Source: Pseudomonadota bacterium (lineage in GTDB: Bacteria > Pseudomonadota > Alphaproteobacteria > Rhizobiales > JACESI01). Taken from it: 64,000 nucleotides of DNA. The translations under genes were made by a program, and so were the position numbers. Below, one piece after another: positions 28,907 through 37,144 of this stretch; the first letter of the stretch is position 1; each line of letters begins with the position of its first letter. The notes beneath the pieces were generated by a model. That model was given only the letters and a program-made list of their open reading frames with translations. It had not been told where the DNA came from and did no database searches. The stretch spans positions 4,134-68,133 of the forward strand of contig JBCDCU010000001.1 of the NCBI GenBank assembly GCA_039181265.1, read 5' to 3'.

Positions 28907-29386
28907 TCAGTCTTTGAGTACGCAGGTCACAACAGCGAGTGCATGTTTTACAAGGCCATGTGCCCGAAAACGAGAGAGATTTAGTCGCGTCCCGATTTCA
29001 GTGAATGTCAGGCCGTCCACCAGGCGAAGCCGGAATGCGGTAACGGTTTTCTCAGGCAGGCTTTCGAGGACTCTGACGACGCGAAGAAGCTCCTGGCGGG
29101 CAATGACAATGCGCTCCGAGTCGACATCAACATCTTCATAAAGCTTCAAATCAAATAGAATTTGTTCTTCCGTCCGGTTTGAACGGGTCCAGTCTTTTGC
29201 AAGGTTCGATACAATGCGCCGGAAAATCGGAAGCGCTTTGTCGGATGGGTAGTTCTTATGCGCCCAGCGCAGCCAGCTGTCTTGAACAAGCTCTTCAGCA
29301 ACGGCTCTGCTACGGACTACTCGAAGGGCGACCGAGATCAGTACCTCTCGTTCTTTGATAAAAGTTGTAAGGGCTGGATCTGCCAT
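28907..29386 (-). CDS. ECF sigma factor (FecI-like), cassette 3
   Basis: 159 aa; MADPALTTFIKEREVLISVALRVVRSRAVAEELVQDSWLRW. Confidence 0.9.
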   Translation of the reverse strand: MADPALTTFIKEREVLISVALRVVRSRAVAEELVQDSWLRWAHKNYPSDKALPIFRRIVSNLAKDWTRSNRTEEQILFDLKLYEDVDVDSERIVIARQELLRVVRVLESLPEKTVTAFRLRLVDGLTFTEIGTRLNLSRFRAHGLVKHALAVVTCVLKD

Positions 29387-29513
29387 CTACTCGCCACCAC
29401 TCTTTTAAGATCGACAGGTCTTTGCTGTTTTCCGGCTTCCCTGGTCTTTCATTGGCATGGTCGTTTCCAATGATACGGAAAGCAGCGTGTCGCTCTTGAA
29501 GATGTTTTTCGAT

Positions 29514-29540
29514 TGGCTGGCTTCGCATGCGTGGCTGGCT
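29514..29540 (-). promoter_or_regulatory. Box D: TGGCTGGCT-N9-TGGCTGGCT upstream of sigma-3
   Basis: Read directly; 128-154 nt upstream of the ATG at 29386. The spacer contains the palindrome CGCATGCG. Confidence 0.6.
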
Positions 29541-30059
29541 GGTTCTTTTTAGTTTAGCTTTCAAGCGCGAATGGCCGTCAAGGTCTCGGCGTGGTGACAC
29601 CGGCAGCTATCGGAACCACTGTGGTTTCAATGCAACACTTTCCTATGCGGCAAATGGGCTTCGCTACTGCCAACCCTTAGATTGCGGGTTTCGAAACTCA
29701 TCGGTTCAGAAACCTTCGCGTTCTTTTCCAGATTCGAGACGCCTCTGGCGCTGATGATAAGGCGCAGGCAAGCTGGTTACGGCTCTTGGTGGAAGAAGGT
29801 TTCTACGGGTGGGAAACGCGGTTACTAGGGGAATCGGAAACGAACAGGTTCTGTCACAGTGAAAAAAGCGGTTCAGCGTGTCTCTGCCTCACGGTTCAAT
29901 GCCTCAACAAGTACTGATTTGGCGTGGATATGAGCGCCTATCCAACCGTTTTTGGTATCTATGCGGCTTTTATGGAAATTCCCGCCTTTAAGCTGGCCGC
30001 ACCCGGAAAATCAGCCCGATGCATTTTGGTGGGGCTACAATCGACGAAAAGGACGGCAA

Positions 30060-30079
30060 TGCTTACATAATGCTTACAC
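30060..30079. repeat. Right copy of the 20-bp direct repeat
   Basis: TGCTTACATAATGCTTACAC, 19/20 identical to 79-98, and 47 bp from the tRNA 3' end. Confidence 0.5.
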
Positions 30080-30125
30080 AAGCATATTATTTATCGCACT
30101 ATGATTTCTAAGTTTTTTAAATCAT

Positions 30126-30202
30126 TGGTGACCCCGACAGGATTCGAACCTGTGACCTACGGATTAGGAATCCGTCGCTCTATCCTGCTGAGCTACGGGG
30201 CC
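30126..30202 (-). tRNA. tRNA-Arg (anticodon CCT)
   Basis: The reverse complement is GGCCCCGTAGCTCAGCAGGATAGAGCGACGGATTCCTAATCCGTAGGTCACAGGTTCGAATCCTGTCGGGGTCACCA. It has a 7-bp acceptor stem (one G.U pair), a D-arm AGCTCAG..., an anticodon stem ACGGA/TCCGT with loop TTCCTAA, a T-loop GGTTCGAATCC and an encoded CCA. Confidence 0.93.
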
Positions 30203-30312
30203 ATTGCCTGACTGGTTTAGCCAATCTCGCAGGACGATGCCACCCGATTGTTCGCGCCCGCCCTGTCTTCTCCAAACCCAACGGGCGGATGGAAGAGCGA
30301 CGAAAAGGCGAA

Positions 30313-31347
30313 CTAGCAAATGCGCGGGAGTTGCTCCCCGACCAGCATGTCGACAATGCGCCGGCCGCCAACAACGGTGCGCATCGTTACCCGACCCGGT
30401 TGGCCGTCATGGGCCCTCCCGATGATCGTCGCATTCTCACCTTCAGGCATTGAACGCATCGCAGTAAGCGCAGCCTCCGCCTCACCTTCCGGAACGAAGA
30501 GCACGAGCGTTCCTTCATTCGCGAGATAAAGTGGATCAAGACCGAGGATTTCGCACATACCCTTCACTTCCGGTCGAAGCGGCAGCGAGGCTTCGTCAAT
30601 TTCAATTCCGACGCCTGCGGCCTCGGCCATTTCATTGAGTGCAGAGGCAAGGCCACCGCGTGTCGCGTCACGTGCAGCACGGGTGCCGGGAGCAGCTCCA
30701 ATGACGGCTTCCATCAAATGCCCGAGCCCCTGACAATCTGAGAGGATTTCCGTTGTCAGCGACATGTCGCCCCGCGCTGCGAGGATCGCCGTGCCGTGAT
30801 CCCCGAGAACGCCGTTGACGATCGCGACATCGCCGGGCTGGATGGTCTCGGCAGCAAGGTTCCTGTCTGGCGGAATGACGCCGATGCCGGAGGTCGTCAC
30901 AAAGACCTTATCCGCCATGCCGCGGCCAACGACCTTGGTATCGCCGGTCACGATCCGCACACCGGCCTTGTCCGCTTCCGCCTTCATCGATGCGACCAGC
31001 CTTTTTAAAAGCTCAATTTCAGTACCTTCTTCAATGATAAAGGCAGCAGACAGCCAAAGCGGCTTCGCCCCGCCAACAGCGAGATCATTGACGGTTCCGC
31101 ATACAGCGATCTTGCCAATGTCGCCGCCTGGAAATTCGACCGGATCAACCACGAAACTATCGGTTGTAAAAGCCAGTCTCGCCCCGTCAACCTGCAATGC
31201 TTCTTCGGTGAGGCGCGCCTGATCCTCCATGCTGTCCGGTTCGAACACGGCGGTAAACACCGTATCGATCAGATCCCGCATTGCTTTTCCGCCACCGCCA
31301 TGCGCAAGCGTCACGGTCTTGCGCTGCGGCCTGTGCATCATATTCAT
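30313..31347 (-). CDS. hypE: Hydrogenase maturation protein HypE (carbamoyl dehydratase)
   Basis: AIR-synthase-like fold motifs and a C-terminal ...GEQLPRIC. ATG 31347 makes an ATGA overlap with the hypD stop. Confidence 0.93.
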   Translation of the reverse strand: MNMMHRPQRKTVTLAHGGGGKAMRDLIDTVFTAVFEPDSMEDQARLTEEALQVDGARLAFTTDSFVVDPVEFPGGDIGKIAVCGTVNDLAVGGAKPLWLSAAFIIEEGTEIELLKRLVASMKAEADKAGVRIVTGDTKVVGRGMADKVFVTTSGIGVIPPDRNLAAETIQPGDVAIVNGVLGDHGTAILAARGDMSLTTEILSDCQGLGHLMEAVIGAAPGTRAARDATRGGLASALNEMAEAAGVGIEIDEASLPLRPEVKGMCEILGLDPLYLANEGTLVLFVPEGEAEAALTAMRSMPEGENATIIGRAHDGQPGRVTMRTVVGGRRIVDMLVGEQLPRIC

Positions 31348-32486
31348 TCTGCAGCCTCCATCGCCCGCGCGCCGCCATATTGATAATAGGCAGCACAAGC
31401 ACCTTCAGAGGACACCATGAGCGCGCCAAGCGGCATTTCCGGCGTACATCCGGTGCCGAATTGTGGGCAGTCGACAGGCTTGCAGCGCCCGGCCATCACG
31501 AGACCGCAGGCACAGCCTTCCGGCTCTTCGACATGCCGCGGCCCAGCCGCGTAGCCAACACCGAATTTCTCTTCAGCATCGAACGCTTTATAGTGCGGGC
31601 GGATCCTGAGGCCGCTCTTGTCGATTTCGCCAAGACCCCGCCATTCGAAACTCGGGCGTTGCTCATAGACGTCTTCAATCGCCGCAAGCGAAACGGGATT
31701 ACCATGTTCCGGCACGACCCGCCCATACTGGTTTTCGATCTCGGCACGTCCATCGCGGATTTGCTCAATCACCATCAGAACGGACTGCAAAAGGTCGATC
31801 GGTTCGAAGCCCGACACAACGAGCGGCTTTCCGTAATCGTCGGCGATAAAGTCGTAAGGATGCGTTCCGATCACCATCGAGACATGGCCGGGCCCAACAA
31901 ACCCGTCGAGCACCATATGCGGATCATCAAGAAGAACCTTGATCGGCGGCGGCACGGTGATGTGGTTGCAGAACACGGAAAAATTCGTGAGACCCTCGCG
32001 GGCAGCCTGTTGGATTGAGAGCGCTGTCGAGGGCGTTGTCGTCTCAAATCCCAAACCGAAGAACACGACTTCATGGTGAGGATTGCGTCGCGCGATCTCA
32101 AGCGCATCAAGTGGCGAATAGACCATGCGGATATCGGCTCCATCCGCTTTCGCCTGCATCAGCGATTTTCTAGTTCCCGGAACGCGCATCGCATCACCGA
32201 ATGTAGTGAAGATGACTTCAGTTATCTCCGCGATCTCGACGCATTCGTCGACCCGGCTCATCGGCAGAACGCAAACCGGACAGCCGGGACCGTGGATGAA
32301 TTCGAGCTCCGGCGGAAGCATCTTATCAAGCCCATAGCGGAAGATCGCATGGGTATGGCCGCCGCAAATCTCCATAATGCGGATGGTCGTGCTGCCAGAA
32401 GGCCGGGTCTCTTTTAGGACCTCTCCGATACGGGAAATCAGCGCCGACGCGGCTTTCGGGTCCCGGAATTCTTCGACATATCTCAT
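31344..32486 (-). CDS. hypD: Hydrogenase maturation protein HypD
   Basis: MRYVEEFRDP..., ICGGHTH, GPGCPVCV and a C-terminal Cys-rich segment. Confidence 0.95.
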   Translation of the reverse strand: MRYVEEFRDPKAASALISRIGEVLKETRPSGSTTIRIMEICGGHTHAIFRYGLDKMLPPELEFIHGPGCPVCVLPMSRVDECVEIAEITEVIFTTFGDAMRVPGTRKSLMQAKADGADIRMVYSPLDALEIARRNPHHEVVFFGLGFETTTPSTALSIQQAAREGLTNFSVFCNHITVPPPIKVLLDDPHMVLDGFVGPGHVSMVIGTHPYDFIADDYGKPLVVSGFEPIDLLQSVLMVIEQIRDGRAEIENQYGRVVPEHGNPVSLAAIEDVYEQRPSFEWRGLGEIDKSGLRIRPHYKAFDAEEKFGVGYAAGPRHVEEPEGCACGLVMAGRCKPVDCPQFGTGCTPEMPLGALMVSSEGACAAYYQYGGARAMEAAE

Positions 32487-32773
32487 GACACTCCCTCCAG
32501 TGCAGCCTCTCCGGCTGCCATCGCCTCCAGCGTTTCCTGGGCTTCACCGAGCCCCTTAAGGGCCTCCAGTGTTTTGGCGGCCTCCTCTTCATCGATGAGG
32601 CTCATGGCAAAACCCACATGAATGAGCGTCCACTTGCCGACGAGATCTTCAAGCGAACCATCGGCAACCGGTGCAACATTGACCTCCCGTCGCACACCCG
32701 AAACATCCGCCATCACCATCATTCGTTCAGCATTCGTCACTTCGACGATCTGACCAGGGATTCCCAGACACAT
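32483..32773 (-). CDS. hypC: Hydrogenase assembly chaperone HypC
   Basis: MCLGIPGQIVEV N-terminus, 96 aa. Confidence 0.93.
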   Translation of the reverse strand: MCLGIPGQIVEVTNAERMMVMADVSGVRREVNVAPVADGSLEDLVGKWTLIHVGFAMSLIDEEEAAKTLEALKGLGEAQETLEAMAAGEAALEGVS

Positions 32774-32776
32774 GAT

Positions 32777-34255
32777 TCAAGCCTCCTCTTGCTGGTTGGA
32801 TTTGCACGGTTCGGCAATTCCATAGCGCTCAACCTTGGCCCTGAGACCGACCCGGCTGAGGCCGAGTTCGTCCGCAGCACGGCTCTTGTTCCATTTCAGA
32901 CGGGTGAGCGTTTCGCGCAAAATGCGCATTTCGATTTCTTCGACACGGTCTTTGAGAGTGCCGTTTGCACTCAACACGCTGTCAACGGCATGGTCGGCGG
33001 GTTCCGGTCCGGGAACCGCCTGCAGAATGTGACGTGAGATCAGTTCCGGGCCAAGGACGCGATCCTGCGAAAAGATCAGCATCCGGACGATTTCGTTCTC
33101 AAGTTCGCGCAGATTGCCCGGCCAGTCATATCCTTCGAGAAACCGGATCGCGTCGTCGGAGAGACCATGCACGGGCTTGCTGTGGGCCGCCGATGCATTG
33201 AAGAGCATGTCCTGTGCAAGGATTTCTATGTCGCCCTTTCGCTCACGCAACGGCGGAACTTCCAGTGTCGCACGGGCCATAGCGTAATAAAGATCGGACC
33301 GGTACCCGTTCTCGGCGACCTTTGCCCGAAGGTTCTGGCTCGAACCGGTGATAAGACGAACATCGGTTTGCTGTTCTTCGTGGCCGCCAAGCGGAAGAAA
33401 ACGACCCTCCGTGGCGGCACGCAGCAGCGCCAATTGGATACGTGGCGATAATTCGTCAACACCGTTTATGAAGAGCGTTCCCCGGTCTGCCTTGTGTAAT
33501 AATCCGCGTTTGTTGGTCGGCACACCCGGTAAGGTTCCACGACGCGCGCCGAAGAGCTCGATCTCCAGAATGGTGTCGTCGACCCCGACACAATTGATTT
33601 CATAAAAGGGGCGGTCTGAACGCAATGATCCGTTGTGGATCGCACGCGCAATGGCGCTTTTTCCGGTGCCGGATTCGCCGACGATCAGAACCGGCACATC
33701 GAAACTCGCAAACTGCCGGGCTTGGGCGATCACCGCATTGATTGGAGAATTTGGCGTGCGCAGTACGTTTTCAAAACCGAGCCCTTCACGAAGGGCCTTA
33801 CGCTGATCTTCGAGCTTGGCTTCCGCACCACGCGATAAATACCGCATTTCAAGCGACATGCGTTCGTGGTCCCGGTTGAGCCGGAAAAGGTCACTCGCAT
33901 TCTTTGCCGTCATCACGAGATGATCTGGATGACAGGGTTTTGTCAGAAGCTGATAGATCCCAGCGTCATTGATCGCGGTGATCATGTCATCAGGTTCGGT
34001 ATAATCGGTCAGCATGATGCGCACTGTTTCCGGCCAGCGCTCCCCCACCTCATTCAGGAGTTCGACCCCGCCGCGGTCAGGCATCGATTGATCGCAGAAA
34101 ACAGCCTGAACGAAATTATCCTGCATGAGGCTGAGCGCTTCGTCGGTCGTCGATGCAAGCAGGCATTCAAAATCACTCTCAAGCGCCCCACGCATTGTGT
34201 TCAGGGAGTTTTCGTCATCAACGAGCAGGAGTGTGGGGCGGGGATCAGACATCAC
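32777..34255 (-). CDS. hupR: NtrC-family response regulator HupR/HoxA (receiver + AAA+ sigma-54-interaction domain + Fis-type HTH)
   Basis: Receiver LLLVDDE...VFCDQSMP; Walker A GESGTGKS; a GAFTGA-region variant; C-terminal HTH NKSRAADELGLSRVGLRAKVERYGI. It sits between hypB and hypC, as in Rhodobacter capsulatus. Confidence 0.88.
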   Translation of the reverse strand: MMSDPRPTLLLVDDENSLNTMRGALESDFECLLASTTDEALSLMQDNFVQAVFCDQSMPDRGGVELLNEVGERWPETVRIMLTDYTEPDDMITAINDAGIYQLLTKPCHPDHLVMTAKNASDLFRLNRDHERMSLEMRYLSRGAEAKLEDQRKALREGLGFENVLRTPNSPINAVIAQARQFASFDVPVLIVGESGTGKSAIARAIHNGSLRSDRPFYEINCVGVDDTILEIELFGARRGTLPGVPTNKRGLLHKADRGTLFINGVDELSPRIQLALLRAATEGRFLPLGGHEEQQTDVRLITGSSQNLRAKVAENGYRSDLYYAMARATLEVPPLRERKGDIEILAQDMLFNASAAHSKPVHGLSDDAIRFLEGYDWPGNLRELENEIVRMLIFSQDRVLGPELISRHILQAVPGPEPADHAVDSVLSANGTLKDRVEEIEMRILRETLTRLKWNKSRAADELGLSRVGLRAKVERYGIAEPCKSNQQEEA

Positions 34256-35107
34256 TCACTCCGCCGCGACCTGACGGGTTTTCCGATCGAGGGAATTCTT
34301 CAGCCAGTTCAACCAGTCATCCATACCTTCGCCGGTTCTCGCTGACACGCGGATGATTTCGATGCCAGGGTTCACCCGGCGCAAATTGGCTTCATAAAGA
34401 TCAAGATCGACGTCGCAATGCGGCGCGAGATCGACCTTGTTCAACAAGGCAATCCGGGACACCGTGAACATATCCGGGTATTTCAACGGCTTATCCTCCC
34501 CCTCAGTAATTGAGAGGATCGCAACCTTGCAGTCTTCGCCGAGATCGAAACTGGCCGGACAGACCAGATTGCCGACATTTTCGATGAAAAGAAACGCACC
34601 GGATTGAAGGTCAAGACGCTCCATGGCATGGCCGACCATATGACCGTCCAGATGGCAGCCTTTACCGGTATTGACCTGAATAGCGGATGCACCGGTGGCG
34701 CGAATGCGCTCCGCATCATTTGCCGTCTGCTGATCGCCTTCAATGACAGCAAGCGGCCAATCGCCGAGCATCTCAATGGTCTTGCAAAGAAGGGACGTTT
34801 TTCCTGACCCCGGCGACGACACCATGTTGATTGCAAAAACACCGAGAGCGTCCAACGCCTTGCGGTTTGCATCCGCATAGTGATCGTTCTTGGCCAGAAT
34901 ATCGGTCTCAATTTCTATCAGGCGTTCCTGGCTCATCCCGGCAACTTCGACGCCTGCTGCTCCCATGCCGAAATGCAGATCAGTGGAACCGTGGTGATGA
35001 TGATCCCCATGCTCATGGGTATGGCCATGCCGGTGCGGGTGGTGGGAATGGTGATGATGTTTATCGCCTTCAATAGAAGCGCCATCGCAACCGCAAACCG
35101 TGCACAT
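34256..35107 (-). CDS. hypB: Hydrogenase nickel-incorporation GTPase HypB
   Basis: N-terminal MCTVCGC and a His-rich tract [24 protein letters not shown]; P-loop SSPGSGKT; NKVDL. Confidence 0.95.
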   Translation of the reverse strand: MCTVCGCDGASIEGDKHHHHSHHPHRHGHTHEHGDHHHHGSTDLHFGMGAAGVEVAGMSQERLIEIETDILAKNDHYADANRKALDALGVFAINMVSSPGSGKTSLLCKTIEMLGDWPLAVIEGDQQTANDAERIRATGASAIQVNTGKGCHLDGHMVGHAMERLDLQSGAFLFIENVGNLVCPASFDLGEDCKVAILSITEGEDKPLKYPDMFTVSRIALLNKVDLAPHCDVDLDLYEANLRRVNPGIEIIRVSARTGEGMDDWLNWLKNSLDRKTRQVAAE

Positions 35108-35448
35108 CAGAGAACCTCCATGTCTTTAATTCGCATTTCATCACCGGCGGTTGGCATCAATCGGCCGCCACCGCACGAGGGACAGGGCGCGAGCCTGTCG
35201 TCGATCTCGACTTCTTTAGAACAATCGAAACACATGGCTTTGCCCGGTAAATCGACCATTTCGAGCCGTGCGCCCTCGGCGACGCCGCCGCGCATCACGA
35301 CGTCAAAAGCAAACTGCAAAGCCGGTTTTTCGACGCTGGCAAACCGCCCGATTTCGACCCGGACCATCTTGACCGCGTTAAAACCATTGCTGCGGGCATG
35401 ATCGTCGATGATCTCGCGGATCCCTTCGCAAAGTGACATTTCATGCAT
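35107..35448 (-). CDS. hypA: Hydrogenase nickel-insertion protein HypA
   Basis: [11 protein letters not shown]-terminus and the zinc motif CFDC...CPSCG. The start is set at ATG 35448. Confidence 0.92.
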   Translation of the reverse strand: MHEMSLCEGIREIIDDHARSNGFNAVKMVRVEIGRFASVEKPALQFAFDVVMRGGVAEGARLEMVDLPGKAMCFDCSKEVEIDDRLAPCPSCGGGRLMPTAGDEMRIKDMEVL

Positions 35449-36325
35449 CCTGCGTTCCTCCCAATCGGACCGGAACACACGGATCGAGGATATCCATCAG
35501 CAAACCGGCAAGATGTCTGCGCGCTTCAGGAAGTGCTGCGAGCGATTGTTCAAGAAGCCCACCAGTCGCAAGCAAATGATCAGTCGGAACCATCCGTTTT
35601 AGATGTTTGACCCGCCCCCTTTCCGTGACGGCGCGGATGGCGCTCAGACCACGCGCGACCGGCACGACGGCAAATCCGGGCGCAACCAGACGCGGTTCAG
35701 GAACGTGACCGAGAAGAATTGCGTGAAGATCGATCGCCCGTGCACTGACACGCCAGAATGGACCGCGACCGTAGCTGGCTTCTATGAAACGCAGGACCGG
35801 GTGGTCCTCGTGACGCGCCGCGACGCTGTTTTCAAGCGGTGAGAGCGACAGGATAGAACACGCATTCACCAATAGCATTGGAGGCGGTGACGCGTCGTAT
35901 GGATGAAATCTAGCGCGGATTTCAGAAAGAACTGGGGCGATCCCATGCCTGCTTTCGAGGAAAGCATTAAACGCTAAGGGGTGATCCAGAACGTCTGCGT
36001 CACCGAAAAGAGCATCAACGAGAGCGTCCGAATTGTTGCGGGGAAAGGGGACAAGGTCGATGCCCAATCGACCCGGCAGCATGATCGCAAGGCGAAGAAC
36101 ATGTTCATCCCGTATCTCTTCTCCAACCCCATGATCTTTCTCAACCGGCAATCCCAGCGCCATTCGGATCGCGACCGACTGCGCCTTGCGGCATAAATTG
36201 AAGAGCCGCGGCAAAATCTCCGCCGCCTCCTCGACAGGCTTTCCGCATAAAAGCCCCGCAACCGGGAAGGGTTCAGGTTTGATGACCTGAATACCGGTGT
36301 TTGATGTGGCGGGGCGGTCCAGCAT
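35441..36325 (-). CDS. hupK: HupK/HoxV-type hydrogenase assembly scaffold (large-subunit-like)
   Basis: 294 aa at the hupK position between hupJ and hypA, with [10 protein letters not shown] resembling the N-terminal large-subunit motif. The call is mainly positional. Confidence 0.65.
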   Translation of the reverse strand: MLDRPATSNTGIQVIKPEPFPVAGLLCGKPVEEAAEILPRLFNLCRKAQSVAIRMALGLPVEKDHGVGEEIRDEHVLRLAIMLPGRLGIDLVPFPRNNSDALVDALFGDADVLDHPLAFNAFLESRHGIAPVLSEIRARFHPYDASPPPMLLVNACSILSLSPLENSVAARHEDHPVLRFIEASYGRGPFWRVSARAIDLHAILLGHVPEPRLVAPGFAVVPVARGLSAIRAVTERGRVKHLKRMVPTDHLLATGGLLEQSLAALPEARRHLAGLLMDILDPCVPVRLGGTQDA

Positions 36326-36331
36326 GGCGCA

Positions 36332-37144
36332 TCACTCTCCGGCAAGCCCGGCCGAGATGACCTGACGCCGTGAGGGAGTCTCTGGAAGCGAGAGCGATGG
36401 CTCACCACGTTCGGCAGCGGCGGCCTCTTCAAGCCTTTGTTCCTCGGCAGCAATTTCTGCTTCACGGGCTGCACGGATATCGACATTCCGATCGGTCTCG
36501 GCACGGTTCCGTTCATCAAAGAGCGCCACCATAATGGACTCAGCGACCTCGACCGCTTGAGCCTGGCTGTTGAACTCACCCATCATTGAAAAAAGCGAAC
36601 AGGCTTTGTAGCCGCCAACCATCTCGCGTTTGTTGTGAATGAATTCGTAGTTCCCTGACGGGAAAGCCATGATCTCTTTCTCGCCCGTCACCAGATGGGA
36701 CCATTCGTCGAGATCTTTGGAAAGCTGGATCAGATTCATGAACCATGGGCTGATCAGAACACCAAGCGGCCGCCCCTCATGCATTTTGAAGCCAACCGCC
36801 TGGACGCGCAGCGCCTTGTTGACGAGCGGAACATCGCGCATCTGGCCGTGCCAGATTTCAACGAAATCCGCCTCAAGTGCCCGCGTTCGCTCGGCGATTT
36901 CCGCCGCCTCCAATACCGCGTTGGAACCGGGGTCCTCTAGAACAAGGAACTGCTCTTTCGGGGCATCGCAATTCGGGCATTTCCAGTCTTCCGGCAAATG
37001 CAGGAATGGTGTACCGGGCAGGACCTGACGTGTCTCATCGCCTTCGGCCGGATCATAGGGTGTCCAGCAGATCTTGCATTCCATGATCGCCTGCAGACTG
37101 ATCTTGTCGTTCGCACCAAGAAAGGATCCTTCGAAGCCACTCAT
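36332..37144 (-). CDS. hupJ: HupJ: rubredoxin domain fused to a HupJ/HyaE2-like domain
   Basis: Rubredoxin CKICWTPYDP...WKCPNCDAPKEQF at the N-terminus, followed by about 200 aa. Confidence 0.8.
   Translation of the reverse strand: MSGFEGSFLGANDKISLQAIMECKICWTPYDPAEGDETRQVLPGTPFLHLPEDWKCPNCDAPKEQFLVLEDPGSNAVLEAAEIAERTRALEADFVEIWHGQMRDVPLVNKALRVQAVGFKMHEGRPLGVLISPWFMNLIQLSKDLDEWSHLVTGEKEIMAFPSGNYEFIHNKREMVGGYKACSLFSMMGEFNSQAQAVEVAESIMVALFDERNRAETDRNVDIRAAREAEIAAEEQRLEEAAAAERGEPSLSLPETPSRRQVISAGLAGE

Larger units (their letters stand above)
79..30079. mobile_element. Candidate tRNA-Arg-associated genomic island (integrase module plus iron-uptake cargo), bounded by imperfect 20-bp direct repeats
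   Basis: TGCTTACATTATGCTTACAC at 79-98 and TGCTTACATAATGCTTACAC at 30060-30079 match at 19/20 in the same orientation. The integrase lies just inside the left copy. The right copy is 47 bp from the 3' end of tRNA-Arg. The boundaries are a hypothesis. Confidence 0.4.

Noticed and set aside
31281-32018. 245-aa plus-strand ORF across hypE/hypD
   Set aside because: It is antisense to hypD and hypE, with no family signal.
35974-36579. 201-aa minus-strand alternative-frame ORF spanning the hupK/hupJ junction
   Set aside because: It is out of frame with two syntenic hup genes, and its Arg/Ser/Pro-rich composition is typical of an off-frame translation.
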